A stretch of DNA of 64,000 bases. Origin: Candidatus Thorarchaeota archaeon (GTDB lineage: Archaea; Asgardarchaeota; Thorarchaeia; Thorarchaeales; Thorarchaeaceae). The first letter of the stretch is position 1. Each line of letters starts with the position of its first letter. The notes beneath the pieces are model-generated. The model was not told the origin of the DNA and did not search any database. It worked only from the letters and a program-made list of their open reading frames with translations. The position numbers were made by a program, and so were the translations under genes. Positions 19,076-29,824 of the stretch are shown here, in pieces. The stretch is taken from the NCBI GenBank assembly GCA_020348985.1, contig CP070761.1:1567465-1631464 (forward strand), in the 5' to 3' direction.

Positions 19076-21883
19076 TTGGCAGCAGTACCAGTTGGCTATG
19101 AGGCATTTCACAGCCTCCGCAGAAAAGTTGTGACTCTAGTCTGTTTTCTGTTGGCATCAGGGATGGCAATGGGCATTGCTGTGTATGTTGATTCTACCTC
19201 GGTTCACGAATGGAACCGATTGACTGATATCGGGCCCATAGCCATGACTATTGACGTCGATGGCTATCGCCCGACGGATGTAGCAAGTGTATTGGAAATA
19301 CCATCTGTCGAGAAAGCCGCGACAATCGAAGCACGATGGATTGATCTATACCCGATTGACGCGGTACCTGACGACTACTATTACTACTACTATGGTGGAG
19401 GAAGAGCAGTCGCCTTCGATAGTGAATATCTGGAAGCCTTTCCTTCAGTCTACCAAATTGTTGAGGGGAGATTCCCTGAGAATCATAGTGAGATAGCACT
19501 TGAACTAGAAATTGCTGAGTCGTATGACCACAGTGTTGGGGAATTGCTCAACGTATCGACCATGGCTTACATCGACTACGATTGGCAGCCGTACTATCAG
19601 GTCATGGAGATTGTGGGACTGTTCCGGACGCCAACTTCAGGTCTCATTCAAGACCCCTGGGATTGGTACTACTATTCGGATTTCGGAATAGGAATCTTCT
19701 GGCCTGGTGCATTTCCAGACGACGGAGATGAGCGGACTTCAATCCACGTTGATGTCGACAGATCTGCGATTACTCCGTTCGACGCGAGAGGGTCTCTAAC
19801 ATTCATTCTGAGCATCGAAGAGCTGATTCGAGAACTCGACCCAGGATACTCACCTCAAACACCGTGGTCCAGATTCCAAGTAAATGGTCTGTTGTCCCGA
19901 GGAATTGTCGAATTCACAGAGTGGCAGTCTGCTACACGCTTTGGGCAATTGACGCGGGCAGCAGGTATTATCCTGTTGGCAGGCCTTGTCATGTTCCTCG
20001 CCATAAGGCACAACGTGAATGAAAGACGATATGAAGCAAACATGTTGGTCTCAAGAGGGGCATCCAAGGGTGCAGTCGACGGCATTGTGAATAGAGAGAT
20101 TGGAATTCTATCGTTACCCGGGCTCTTGATAGGTCTGGGTGTGGGCATCTTGTTGAGTAGGATTGCCATTGCGTCGACAGGATTCATGGAGTTCGACATG
20201 GCACGCCTCATTGGGGAACCGTTTCTGATTACTCTTGATTCGCTTGTTCTTGCAATAGTCATTGGTGTAGCAGTTCCGATAGGATCTCTCCTCTCTTATC
20301 GGATTGTATACTCGACAAGGAAACCAGTCGAAGAACAAACCGGCAAATTAGCCAAAATCGCAAAGGGGCTTCATCTGATTCGTTGGGATGTTCTTGTACT
20401 CGTTCTCACGAGTTTTCTTGTGTTCGCGCTCTTCTCTAGTGGTTCTGCAATCCAACTCAATCCATTGCTTTCTCTTCTACTTGACGTTGCACCGCTCGCG
20501 CTTTTTCTTGCGGTCGCGTCTCTCTCAATTAAGGGGCTCAGGCGTGGCGCTGGGCTAATATCAAGGGGTATGAAGAGAGTTGTGGGACATGTACCTTCGA
20601 TTATTGGCATAAGGAGAATTGGAAAAGGTGCATCATCCGCTGGAGCAGTGGCGATTGTGATGGTTCTCGCCATGAGTACAGCCTGGAGTTTCTCCGTACT
20701 GGGATCATCCCTTCCTCCGACGAAGATTAGCCATGCGCGTTTTGCGTTTGGCGGGGATGTTGTGTTTCATCTAGATGACACACAGAACTCCAGCTGGAAT
20801 ACGTTTCTCGATAACGTGACTTCTGATATTGACACCCAGGCTGCAGCATTGGTTTCCGTTTCGCAAATGTACCTTTCCGCTTCAGGAGGAGACAATGTTG
20901 ACGCAGTCGCCATGAATCCTCTTGAGTATAGAAACGTTGGATATGACTATCTTGGGTCAATGCTGAACGATTCAGCCCTAGGCAATAGTCTAGAGGAGCT
21001 CAACTCTAATCCAGAAGGAGCCATAATCACTCAGGACATTGCAGATAGCTATGGACTTGTTGCAGGAGATTCATTCCGAGCTTTCATTGATACAGGCCTT
21101 GAGCAAATTGTCTTTACTTTCACTGTCATTTCAGTGCACGTCGGTCTCTCAAACTGCCTGTTCCTTGAGTCTGGTAACGACGCCCCAACTTGGTGGTGGA
21201 GTTTCGTCCAAGTTGGTGCTCGTGTAATCTGGGTGAACAAGAACTTCCTAAGTGCTCAAATTGATCTCATAGAAGCTGCTGACAGTGTGGTCTGCGTTCG
21301 GACCAGGCACGGAGCAAATGGAACGAACATAGCTATGAGAGTCCTTGATCAGGGGGGGACACAGGTTGTCAGAGTTGAGCAATGGAACACTGTAACAAAA
21401 GAATTGGCAGAATACATGACTATCGCGAGCTACCGCATGGACAGAGCGGTCGACAATATGCTTCTCTTCACAATGGTAGGAGTCGTGTTTGGAGCATTCA
21501 CAGTCTATGCAGCCGAAGGACTCCGTGAGAAACGAAGAGAGATCGCATTGATGCGATCGATGGGGGCAGGTACTCCCTTGGTTGTCAGATCACAGATTGC
21601 AGAGATGCTCGTACTTCTCATCGTCAGTGTGTTGCTCCTATTCGGATATGGACCGCTTTCATTCTCCATTACGCTTCTCACCTATCCCACTTCGTATTAC
21701 TACTACCCGGTATCAGTCTTTCCAGTTATCCCTTGGGTCTCTATGTTTTCGATTCTCTTCCTCTTCATTCTCTCAATCCTGGCATATACGGTAGTTGTTT
21801 CGATCATGGGCTCTAGAGTCATACTTCATGATGCACTCAATGCTGCATGGGCCGAAGCGGGTCCGTATGGAGGTGACCTCTAA
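19076..21883 (+). CDS. FtsX/MacB-like ABC permease
   Basis: Duplicated MacB topology; ERRYEANMLVSRGAS and EKRREIALMRSMGA signatures; operon with ATPases. Confidence 0.88.
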   Translation: MAAVPVGYEAFHSLRRKVVTLVCFLLASGMAMGIAVYVDSTSVHEWNRLTDIGPIAMTIDVDGYRPTDVASVLEIPSVEKAATIEARWIDLYPIDAVPDDYYYYYYGGGRAVAFDSEYLEAFPSVYQIVEGRFPENHSEIALELEIAESYDHSVGELLNVSTMAYIDYDWQPYYQVMEIVGLFRTPTSGLIQDPWDWYYYSDFGIGIFWPGAFPDDGDERTSIHVDVDRSAITPFDARGSLTFILSIEELIRELDPGYSPQTPWSRFQVNGLLSRGIVEFTEWQSATRFGQLTRAAGIILLAGLVMFLAIRHNVNERRYEANMLVSRGASKGAVDGIVNREIGILSLPGLLIGLGVGILLSRIAIASTGFMEFDMARLIGEPFLITLDSLVLAIVIGVAVPIGSLLSYRIVYSTRKPVEEQTGKLAKIAKGLHLIRWDVLVLVLTSFLVFALFSSGSAIQLNPLLSLLLDVAPLALFLAVASLSIKGLRRGAGLISRGMKRVVGHVPSIIGIRRIGKGASSAGAVAIVMVLAMSTAWSFSVLGSSLPPTKISHARFAFGGDVVFHLDDTQNSSWNTFLDNVTSDIDTQAAALVSVSQMYLSASGGDNVDAVAMNPLEYRNVGYDYLGSMLNDSALGNSLEELNSNPEGAIITQDIADSYGLVAGDSFRAFIDTGLEQIVFTFTVISVHVGLSNCLFLESGNDAPTWWWSFVQVGARVIWVNKNFLSAQIDLIEAADSVVCVRTRHGANGTNIAMRVLDQGGTQVVRVEQWNTVTKELAEYMTIASYRMDRAVDNMLLFTMVGVVFGAFTVYAAEGLREKRREIALMRSMGAGTPLVVRSQIAEMLVLLIVSVLLLFGYGPLSFSITLLTYPTSYYYYPVSVFPVIPWVSMFSILFLFILSILAYTVVVSIMGSRVILHDALNAAWAEAGPYGGDL

Positions 21884-24715
21884 ATGTTCCTGCTTTCAAG
21901 ACTTTTGTCAAGGGCACCTCAAGTCATGGCGACATTCTTGATCTTTTCATTGGCTTCAGGCATTCTAGGAGGAATTCTCTTCTACATGGACAGTGTAGGT
22001 CCTGATGTCTTCGCTGATATGACTGAAGACGTACCTGTGGACATGGAGATACATTTCACTTACCAGTTCTATCGCCAGAACGAAACGACCGTCGCGGACG
22101 TCATGGCAGTAGTTCATGAGCAAGACGCCGTGATTGCGGCCGAGAATGTTAAAGTAGTAGAGTACTGGGATTGGTCGGAAGAGGAGTGGTACTATGACTG
22201 GGGATATATCATGGGAATGGACATGGCCGTGTTTGAGACCTTCCCAGACGTCATTCAGGCATCAGAAGATGCGCCTCCGCTGACATCCAGTACATGCTAC
22301 GTGGAAAAGGGGACGCTTGTTCGTAGGGGATTGAGTATTGGTGACAATTTCACTGTGACGGCAGAGTCTTATCTGTACAATGGAACACATGTTGAGGTCA
22401 CCAGGGAGTTTGAGATTACTGGTACATTTGAGACAGAAATGTTCAGGGACTACTATTGGGACATTGGTGACGTCACACTCCTAAGAATGATAACCTCAAC
22501 AGAGGGCATAAATGAGAATTTCGGTGACTTGGGTGGTGGGGAATGGCAGGGGATCTCTGACAGAATATGGGTTGGATTTGATCACGATGCTGTTCTCCAG
22601 GCAGATCCAAGTATTGCCGCCGAGAACCTCGATAATGCTAGAAAACGAATCGAGCAGGCAGTCTTACCGTATGCCGTGGTGGGATGGAGTGGATTTGGAC
22701 TACTAGACTCCGTAATCGAATATCAGTCCTGGTCCATTATGATGAGAGTAATAGCACTCTCGTTTTCTGTGCCTAGCATCGTAATGGGAATCATGCTGAT
22801 TCAGTACAACACAAAGCTGCTTGAGGACGAAAGAAGACGAAATGTTGGAACGATAAAGACACGTGGGTCTTCAGGATGGCAAGCCTTCAGATGGGTACTT
22901 AGCAGTGCTTTACTTGTAGGCGTCCTAGGCAGCACAGGTGCAATTGCAGTGGGTGCCCTCTCAGCGTTGGTCTCGGGCACTGTGAGAACTCTGTTGACTT
23001 TCGATCTTTCAAGGCTCTCAGAATTCTCCCTATTCCTGTCCCCCGAAGCCCTTGCCATTGTATTCTCTTTCTCATTCGTCGTTGGACTGCTTGTTTCGCT
23101 CCCTCCTGCGGTCAAGGCTCTTCTAATGACTCCGACAGAAGCTCACAGTGAGATAGAAAGAGAAGTGCTTCTAGGCAAAGAGAATCTTGGGAATGTCGGC
23201 ATAGACATTGCAGCCACTATTCTCTCAGGATATGCACTGATGCCTATGTTCATGATCCTAAGCTACCCCTACTACTCATTGATATCAGTCGTCTACATGT
23301 TGGCGACCATGTTACCTTTCTTCGTTGTCTTCATGGTGGCCGCAGCTCGGTTGTTGTCTCGACCTATGTCAGCTATCAAGGCAAAGGTCCTTGACAGATT
23401 CAGAAGAATGCCACTTGTCGTTGGCTCAAGACTGATGTCTCGGTCTGTGACTTTGTTCAAGAAGAGTGAAGCAATGGGGGCTATGTTTGTTGCCATGGTC
23501 TTCGCGGCAGGCATGTTCTCCTCCATTTCGGCGACGACAGCCTACACGCATACTGAGGAGTTGTTCTACTTCCAAGTAGGCGGGGACATTTCGGTCAATG
23601 TGAAGTCCGCCGCGACAAACATAACAATTGACCTGCTCTCAAGCGTTACAGAAGTCCCTGGTATTGCGGAAGCTAGCGGAATGTTTGAGATAACAGCATA
23701 CATGGGCTACTATCAAGCCTACTCCTATGGGGCATCGCGCTTGTTCCAAAACGTCTCAGTTACGGTGTTCGGCGTTCAACCAGAACTCTGGATAGACACA
23801 GGATATTGGCTGCCCTACTTCACTTATGAAGACAGCCCTTTGAATTCACTATCTGCCGTTTCGTCAAGCAATGCGACAATCCTCACGGACTTCAAGCCGC
23901 TAGATCACTACGCCATGAACAATCTGGGTCAAATCTACCCAGTCTACTCCAGCTCCGCAACGCTGTATTTTGCTGGTTACAACGGAACATGGGTGAATGA
24001 CGTTACAATACAGGATGTTGTTTCCAGCACACTGGAAGACTATGGAGTCAACTACCTCCCAGGAGAGCTCAATGCACAAAGATTCGTTGTCATGAATTTG
24101 GAATATCTTCACGAGGTCTATAATACGACACGCATAAGCAAGATCAATGTCAAACTGGAAGCCGGAGCAAACTACACCTCAGTCATTCAAGAATTGTGGG
24201 CCCTTTCGCCCTCCAGTTTTTCGTCAATTGAGTGTGCTAGACTGGGAATTGAGGGCTCATTGGACACCAGGGCGAGTCAGACCGTATACGGTGTGTACAC
24301 ACTCAACATGGTTTTCTCGCTGATGTTCCTCACAATGGGAATGACACTTGTTGCGACTATTAGGATTAGAAATCTGAGAAAGCAGCTCTCAGTTCTGAGG
24401 GCTTTGGGCGCTGACCGAAGATCTCTGGTTGTACCTATTCTGATTGATGTGTCAGTTGGCATCATCATTGCGGCGTTGATAGGCACGATAATTGGCGTTC
24501 TCCTAACTGTCTTGATCATCAACATACCATTGGCATTCATTGGTACCTCTACGGCAAGTTTGTGGACCAGGCTGCCGGTATTCATGGTAGTTCCAGGATT
24601 CCTTGTAGTTGGAGTAATTGCAGCCAGTTTTCTCTTCTCGTTAGGATCAACATATGTTGTGACGGCTCGTAATCTAAGGAAAAACATAGCCGAAGAAATA
24701 CAATACTTGGAGTGA
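21884..24715 (+). CDS. FtsX/MacB-like ABC permease
   Basis: ERRRNVGTIKTRG and LRKQLSVLRALGA signatures; abuts previous gene. Confidence 0.88.
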   Translation: MFLLSRLLSRAPQVMATFLIFSLASGILGGILFYMDSVGPDVFADMTEDVPVDMEIHFTYQFYRQNETTVADVMAVVHEQDAVIAAENVKVVEYWDWSEEEWYYDWGYIMGMDMAVFETFPDVIQASEDAPPLTSSTCYVEKGTLVRRGLSIGDNFTVTAESYLYNGTHVEVTREFEITGTFETEMFRDYYWDIGDVTLLRMITSTEGINENFGDLGGGEWQGISDRIWVGFDHDAVLQADPSIAAENLDNARKRIEQAVLPYAVVGWSGFGLLDSVIEYQSWSIMMRVIALSFSVPSIVMGIMLIQYNTKLLEDERRRNVGTIKTRGSSGWQAFRWVLSSALLVGVLGSTGAIAVGALSALVSGTVRTLLTFDLSRLSEFSLFLSPEALAIVFSFSFVVGLLVSLPPAVKALLMTPTEAHSEIEREVLLGKENLGNVGIDIAATILSGYALMPMFMILSYPYYSLISVVYMLATMLPFFVVFMVAAARLLSRPMSAIKAKVLDRFRRMPLVVGSRLMSRSVTLFKKSEAMGAMFVAMVFAAGMFSSISATTAYTHTEELFYFQVGGDISVNVKSAATNITIDLLSSVTEVPGIAEASGMFEITAYMGYYQAYSYGASRLFQNVSVTVFGVQPELWIDTGYWLPYFTYEDSPLNSLSAVSSSNATILTDFKPLDHYAMNNLGQIYPVYSSSATLYFAGYNGTWVNDVTIQDVVSSTLEDYGVNYLPGELNAQRFVVMNLEYLHEVYNTTRISKINVKLEAGANYTSVIQELWALSPSSFSSIECARLGIEGSLDTRASQTVYGVYTLNMVFSLMFLTMGMTLVATIRIRNLRKQLSVLRALGADRRSLVVPILIDVSVGIIIAALIGTIIGVLLTVLIINIPLAFIGTSTASLWTRLPVFMVVPGFLVVGVIAASFLFSLGSTYVVTARNLRKNIAEEIQYLE

Positions 24716-25602
24716 CAGAAATGACAGAGAACCTTGAACAAGTCGCAAAGGAACACAAGCTTGTGATTCGGGACCTGATGAAGGTCTATCGTAGAGGATT
24801 GAAGGAGGTTATTGCCCTCAGGGGTCTTGACTTTGAAGTAAGGCCCAGGGAGTTCCTTTCGATCGTGGGTCCAAGTGGTTCCGGTAAGTCAACACTACTG
24901 AAACTTATCGGTGCTCTTGATAAGCCAACAGCGGGAACGATACTCTACGACGGATTCAGTGTTACGCTGCTGGACGACCGCAGATCCATGATGTATCGTA
25001 GACAGAAGGTCGGCTTTGTATGGCAAACGGGAAACTTGGTGCCGGGGTTGACAGCTTTGAAGAATGTCTTGCTGCCAATGAGACTTGCAGGAGCACCGAA
25101 GAAGGCGGCAGAAAAGAGAGCCCGAATGCTTCTCAGGGTGATGGGTCTTGAGAAGAGGATGACACATCGGCCGCATCAGCTTAGCGGTGGGGAGAACCAG
25201 AGAGTCGCGATCTGTGTAGCTCTTGCGAACAATCCTGAGCTCCTGTTGGCGGATGAGATAACGGGCGAGCTTGACACGGAAACAACCCAAATGGTCATGG
25301 ACACTCTGAAGAAGACTAACGAGGAGTTCGATACAACCATTGTCAATGTAACTCACAACCCGCGGGTTGCAGAGTATGCTGATCGAGTCTTACACATTCG
25401 TGATGGTTTGATTGAGGGACAAAAACACGTTCTCTACGGCGACATTACCGAGATAGATGCGAAGGGCCGGATGGTGATTCCAGAGACTGTAAGACGATTG
25501 GCAGGCATTGGAAAGAGAGTTGTCCTGAAAGTCACTTCGGATGGGATCCTGGTCAGCTCCCTGCGAACCGATGAAGATGAGGTCTCGGCAGGATCCAAGT
25601 AG
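24712..25602 (+). CDS. ABC ATP-binding protein (LolD family) with C-terminal AbrB/MraZ-like domain
   Basis: GPSGSGKS, LSGGENQR, LADEITG; C-terminal EIDAKGRMVIPETVRRLAGIGKRVVLKV. Confidence 0.9.
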   Translation: MTEMTENLEQVAKEHKLVIRDLMKVYRRGLKEVIALRGLDFEVRPREFLSIVGPSGSGKSTLLKLIGALDKPTAGTILYDGFSVTLLDDRRSMMYRRQKVGFVWQTGNLVPGLTALKNVLLPMRLAGAPKKAAEKRARMLLRVMGLEKRMTHRPHQLSGGENQRVAICVALANNPELLLADEITGELDTETTQMVMDTLKKTNEEFDTTIVNVTHNPRVAEYADRVLHIRDGLIEGQKHVLYGDITEIDAKGRMVIPETVRRLAGIGKRVVLKVTSDGILVSSLRTDEDEVSAGSK

Positions 25603-25677
25603 CGAAAAAAGGCCCCTTCAGGGCAATTGGGGCAACGTCTATATTACCGCCCAAAGCTTGACTTGTTGGTCAATAAA

Positions 25678-25917
25678 ATGTCAGCAACTTCCATGCCATG
25701 GTCATTCTATGCAATCATAGTGACATTCGCCATTTTCTTCTTCAGTCTTAACGTGTACATCGCAACTGTGCTTCTTGCTCATCCTTGGGCAAGTCCGTAT
25801 TGGCTGATAGGCGTTGTAGGTGGGTTGATTGGACTCATTTTTTCATATCGGATGGTTCGTATTCATCAGAGGGAGCTGATTGATAGAAAGAAGATGCAGG
25901 AAACTGAAACAGCCTGA
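25678..25917 (+). CDS. Small two-TM membrane protein
   Basis: MSATSMPWSFYAIIVTFAIFF...; two hydrophobic helices and charged tail. Confidence 0.65.
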   Translation: MSATSMPWSFYAIIVTFAIFFFSLNVYIATVLLAHPWASPYWLIGVVGGLIGLIFSYRMVRIHQRELIDRKKMQETETA

Positions 25918-25937
25918 TTGACTTGTGAGTTCCTGCC

Positions 25938-27245
25938 TCAAGGATAAATCCTGCTTACGGTACGTGGGAAGGGAATACAGTCCCGAATGTGTTCGAGCTC
26001 AAGCATCCACGTCATAAGCCGATCCATCCCTACTCCGAATCCAGAGTGCTGGACACTGCCATATCTGCGGATGTCGATATACCACTTGTACTTCTCTGGG
26101 TCGTCTCCAATCCTGTTGAGGTTGTCAATGATGAGCTGGGCATCAGTTTCCCGCTCGCTACCACCAATCATTTCTCCATAACCCTGGGGAGCCAGCAAAT
26201 CATCATTCTTGTAGGTCCGAGGATCGTCCTCATTGTTTTTCATGTAGAAACTCTTGATTTCCTTAGGATAGTACTCTATGAACAAGAACTTCTCTCGATC
26301 ATCGGTCAGAATATGCTCAGCTTCGGTCCTGAGGTCTTCGCCCCATTCGATCTTCAATCCTTCACTTTGACAAACATCTATTGCTTCCGTATATGTCATC
26401 CTGTCAAACGGAGGATTGACCACCAATAGACGGTCTCTATCTACCCCCAACTCGGTGAGCTCATCCACTCTGTTGTTTGCTACTGAATGACACATGAAGC
26501 TGATGAGCTCCTCTTGACGCTTGAGGTTGCATTCGTGATCACACCACGCCTCCTCGACCTCAAGATGCCAGTACTCCGTGAGATGCTTGCGTGTCCTAGA
26601 CTTCTCTGCTCTAAAAGACGGAGCCAAGATGAACACCTTCTCCATGGCGAAGAGCTGAGGTTCGAGGTGCATCTGACTTGTCTGAGTAAGGTAGACCTTT
26701 CTCCCAAAGTACTCAACTTCGAAAAGCTCCGCACCTTCCTCGCCCATTGTAGATACGAACATCGGAGAGGTGGTCTCATAGAAGCCCTCTTTCCTGAGGT
26801 ATTCTCTGGCAGAACTGAACACTTCGTCTCGAATCTTCAGAACGTTCGTGAGCTTGCGCGATCTCATCCACAGGTGTCGATTGTCATTCAGGAACTCGGT
26901 GCTTTGGTTCTCGGTTATCGGGAACTCCTCTGCGAAATGCAATATTCTGATTTCCTCAATCTGTACTTCGAAGCCACCCTCAGCTCTAGGATCAGCCTTC
27001 ACAGTCCCCTTCATCGAGACAAGAGACTCGATCAGCATTCTCTGTACATCGGCGTAAACATCTTCACCCACTGCTTTGGGCTTTGCAACGGTCTGAACGA
27101 CGCCTGTAGGGTCACGTAGAAGGATAAAGACCATCTTCTTCTGCTTGCGGATTCGATGAACCCAGCCGCGGAGCATGACCGTCTTTCCTTCCATTTCACC
27201 CTTGAGCACGTCACCCACGTGGATGTACTTCATTCTAAGCACCAT
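25938..27245 (-). CDS. asnS: Asparagine--tRNA ligase
   Basis: OB-fold LRGWVHRIR...LRD; motif 2 FRAEKSRTRKHLTEYW; GYGEMIGGSERE; motif 3 HSGFGVGMDR; C-terminus FPRTVSRIYP typical of archaeal AsnRS. Confidence 0.9.
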   Translation of the reverse strand: MVLRMKYIHVGDVLKGEMEGKTVMLRGWVHRIRKQKKMVFILLRDPTGVVQTVAKPKAVGEDVYADVQRMLIESLVSMKGTVKADPRAEGGFEVQIEEIRILHFAEEFPITENQSTEFLNDNRHLWMRSRKLTNVLKIRDEVFSSAREYLRKEGFYETTSPMFVSTMGEEGAELFEVEYFGRKVYLTQTSQMHLEPQLFAMEKVFILAPSFRAEKSRTRKHLTEYWHLEVEEAWCDHECNLKRQEELISFMCHSVANNRVDELTELGVDRDRLLVVNPPFDRMTYTEAIDVCQSEGLKIEWGEDLRTEAEHILTDDREKFLFIEYYPKEIKSFYMKNNEDDPRTYKNDDLLAPQGYGEMIGGSERETDAQLIIDNLNRIGDDPEKYKWYIDIRRYGSVQHSGFGVGMDRLMTWMLELEHIRDCIPFPRTVSRIYP

Positions 27246-27376
27246 AATACTAGCATCAACGAATTGAAGTTGAGCTGAAATGCCCAGCCAAGGACTGGAT
27301 AAAAGGCTGACGGAGCCCTCAGACTAGAGAATCTGCGGGACGGTCTGCAATACATGCTGACCTTGGGCTCCCATGT

Positions 27377-29296
27377 CTACCTGTATCTGAAGTACCAGAC
27401 TGCAAACACTATCAACAAGGCGCATCCAGCTACAGCCGCAATGAACAAGCCATAAGTGATAATGGTGGGCGGAGTCACAACGACCATCACAGAGGCCCTT
27501 GCTGAATTGCCTCCCAAGTCGTACACTGTGAGCACAACGAAGTGTGCTCCTTCAGACAGACCTGCGAAATCAAACTCGATTGTTTCAGAAGTCCAGTCGC
27601 TTTCTTCGACTAGGAATCCATCAACAGTGATGTTGTATGAGAGCATGAAGTCGTCATGGGCAGTCCAGTTCCGCATCACGCTACTCGCCCCACGTACATA
27701 ATAGACAGTCGAGGGGACGTACGAGAAGACAGGAGCAGTGTTGTCAGTCTTTACAGTGACAGTAACGTTGTCAAATGCAGCATTGCCACTGGTATCGTTT
27801 GCCATGAAGGTGTACACATGAACTCCTATTTCCAAGATGCCCAGTCCGATCTCAACAAATGGGGCTTCGGGGTCAAGTTCACCCTCATAGACCAATTCGC
27901 CGTCGAGAGATACATTGTATTTGTTCAGGTTGTCATCTGTAACATTCCATCTCAAGGCGTGGCCTGTCTCGGTGTAGAAGAAGTCGATGTCGTCGGGCCC
28001 TTCGATGACAGGAAAAACATCCTCATAGATTCTTAGCTCTATGATATCCTCTGCGATGTTTCCGTTCTGGTCGGAAGCGACAAGCTTGATTTCATAGACA
28101 CCAATTGCGGTGCCAGTGACATTAAACGTATACTCGAAAGTCGAGTTAGTCCATGCCAGAGTTGTATTGCGTACTTGGTCAATGAACACTTCAATACCAC
28201 TTGGGTGTTCGTCGTAGAGTTGCCATGTGACAGTTATGTTCTCAGTGTCAAAGAGAAACTCTTGGTCTCCAGGACTGGTGAGAACCGGATCTCTAATGTC
28301 TGCGGACACCACCGTTAGATTGTATGAGTAGTTTCCAAGTCCAATCGGTAGGCCTGCATAGCGTACAGTCCAGTTTATGAAATCAACCGGCAAGTCGAGA
28401 AACATCGCGGTTCCATTGGACGGAGTGTCTTGGGATTCTATGAGAGTTCCGTTGTAGTATGTGACATTTACTTGAGCACCTGCTATAGGATCGAGTGAAG
28501 TCTCGTAGTATGTAAACACTTCGAGATCATAGTAGTCAGGGTCGCCGCTAATCGGGCCAATTGTCTGGTGTACTAGCTTAAGTGTTCCATCAGAGACAAA
28601 GTCGCCCTGATCGACTACCGTGCCGGTATAGCTTCCCTGCATCACTGTAACATAGTAAGTGTAGTTTCCTTCGGTGATATTCATGAACGTTGCAGTCCCG
28701 TTTCCATCAACTAGCACTTCGTCCCAAGTGGTGTTGGTGTCACGACTATAGACTGTGAAGTTCAAACCTTCAGCGGGATTTCCATCAATGTCAGTAACAG
28801 TGGCGTTGAAGTCGTCGTCGTTGTTTTCCCAATCAAGGTTTCCGAGCTCGTATGACGTAAAGACCTCAGGACCATCAGACACCAGCATTCCGTCTTCATG
28901 GACACTAGGATCCTGACTCCAAGTCACATTCCAGATGTATGTGCCTTGAGGAACATTGTAGAAGACCGCCGAGCCATCTCCACCTATGGTGAGCTCTGAA
29001 TCATATAGAGTCAAGTCAGTGGCATTGTAGAGAGACACATTGGCCTGAGCAACAATGTGAGTGTGATTCCTAACGAAGAATATGAAATCGTCATCATTGA
29101 ATCCATAATCAGTTGGAGGATTCACATAGTTGAAAGTCTCATTTGTCACCACAAGATCTGTCGCAGCTAGAACCGGGGTCGGCTCGAGGATTCTGAGTTC
29201 CGCTGCAGGATTCTCCGTTGCTAAGAAGGGAGTCAGAGCACTGCCCAGAAACAGCAACACTACGACAATTGAAATTGCGCGCTTTGCGGTGTTCAT
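27377..29296 (-). CDS. Secreted cell-surface protein with Ig-like repeats and C-terminal TM anchor
   Basis: Signal peptide; repeated beta-rich modules (D..P, GxYxY, DxxGN); many N-x-S/T sequons; TM plus RYR tail. Confidence 0.8.
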   Translation of the reverse strand: MNTAKRAISIVVVLLFLGSALTPFLATENPAAELRILEPTPVLAATDLVVTNETFNYVNPPTDYGFNDDDFIFFVRNHTHIVAQANVSLYNATDLTLYDSELTIGGDGSAVFYNVPQGTYIWNVTWSQDPSVHEDGMLVSDGPEVFTSYELGNLDWENNDDDFNATVTDIDGNPAEGLNFTVYSRDTNTTWDEVLVDGNGTATFMNITEGNYTYYVTVMQGSYTGTVVDQGDFVSDGTLKLVHQTIGPISGDPDYYDLEVFTYYETSLDPIAGAQVNVTYYNGTLIESQDTPSNGTAMFLDLPVDFINWTVRYAGLPIGLGNYSYNLTVVSADIRDPVLTSPGDQEFLFDTENITVTWQLYDEHPSGIEVFIDQVRNTTLAWTNSTFEYTFNVTGTAIGVYEIKLVASDQNGNIAEDIIELRIYEDVFPVIEGPDDIDFFYTETGHALRWNVTDDNLNKYNVSLDGELVYEGELDPEAPFVEIGLGILEIGVHVYTFMANDTSGNAAFDNVTVTVKTDNTAPVFSYVPSTVYYVRGASSVMRNWTAHDDFMLSYNITVDGFLVEESDWTSETIEFDFAGLSEGAHFVVLTVYDLGGNSARASVMVVVTPPTIITYGLFIAAVAGCALLIVFAVWYFRYR

Positions 29297-29482
29297 CCAA
29301 AGTCACACTCATTGCCTGAAATGGTCTACTGCATGACCATCTCGCGACTTGGCGCGTCGAACCTCCACCTCTCATAAAAGGGTTTTCATAGTCCAAGTGG
29401 AGTATCATGCTAACACCGATGGTGTTCATCAACCCATTCCTGAAGCATGTCCGTAATTGTTGCACCAACTGTACCGTCACTC

Positions 29483-29653
29483 CTACCTCGATGTTCGAAT
29501 GAGCAGCTTGACGAAAGGGATTATCATGAAGTCCCACTCTGTTTTCAAACGTTCGCCTGTATCGCGGAACCCCATCCTTAGCCAGAAGCCGTAAGACTTC
29601 CATGGCACCCCTTGTGCATTCTCAGTTGTGTCAGTTTCTATGCGTGTCAGCCC
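29483..29653 (-). pseudogene. C-terminal remnant of a GNAT-like acetyltransferase
   Basis: Manual translation GLTRIETDTTENAQGVPWKSYGFWLRMGFRDTGERLKTEWDFMIIPFVKLL resembles the GNAT C-terminal F(W/Y)xxxGF motif; no usable start; N-terminal half absent. Confidence 0.45.
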
Positions 29654-29824
29654 AGAACCACGGCCAACGAAGAAACGACACCACGATCTGAACCTTCTAT
29701 GGCTTGATCCTTTGCCGAGATTCAGAGTGTATGAAGGATGATCAGATAAGTATCTGCCATCGCGTATCTCGCCAGACCGTCTCTGTACCTGAACTTCCGT
29801 CCAAGTCAGCTTCGAAGGGTGTAA

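Noticed and set aside
26487-27119. 210-aa plus-strand ORF and the many other 60-170-aa ORFs antisense to or nested in called genes
   Set aside because: Shadow ORFs of well-supported genes (here asnS) with no motifs or RBS.
29139-29603. 154-aa minus-strand ORF from the track
   Set aside because: Overlaps the start of the surface-protein gene and has no motif; a different frame carries the GNAT-like remnant.
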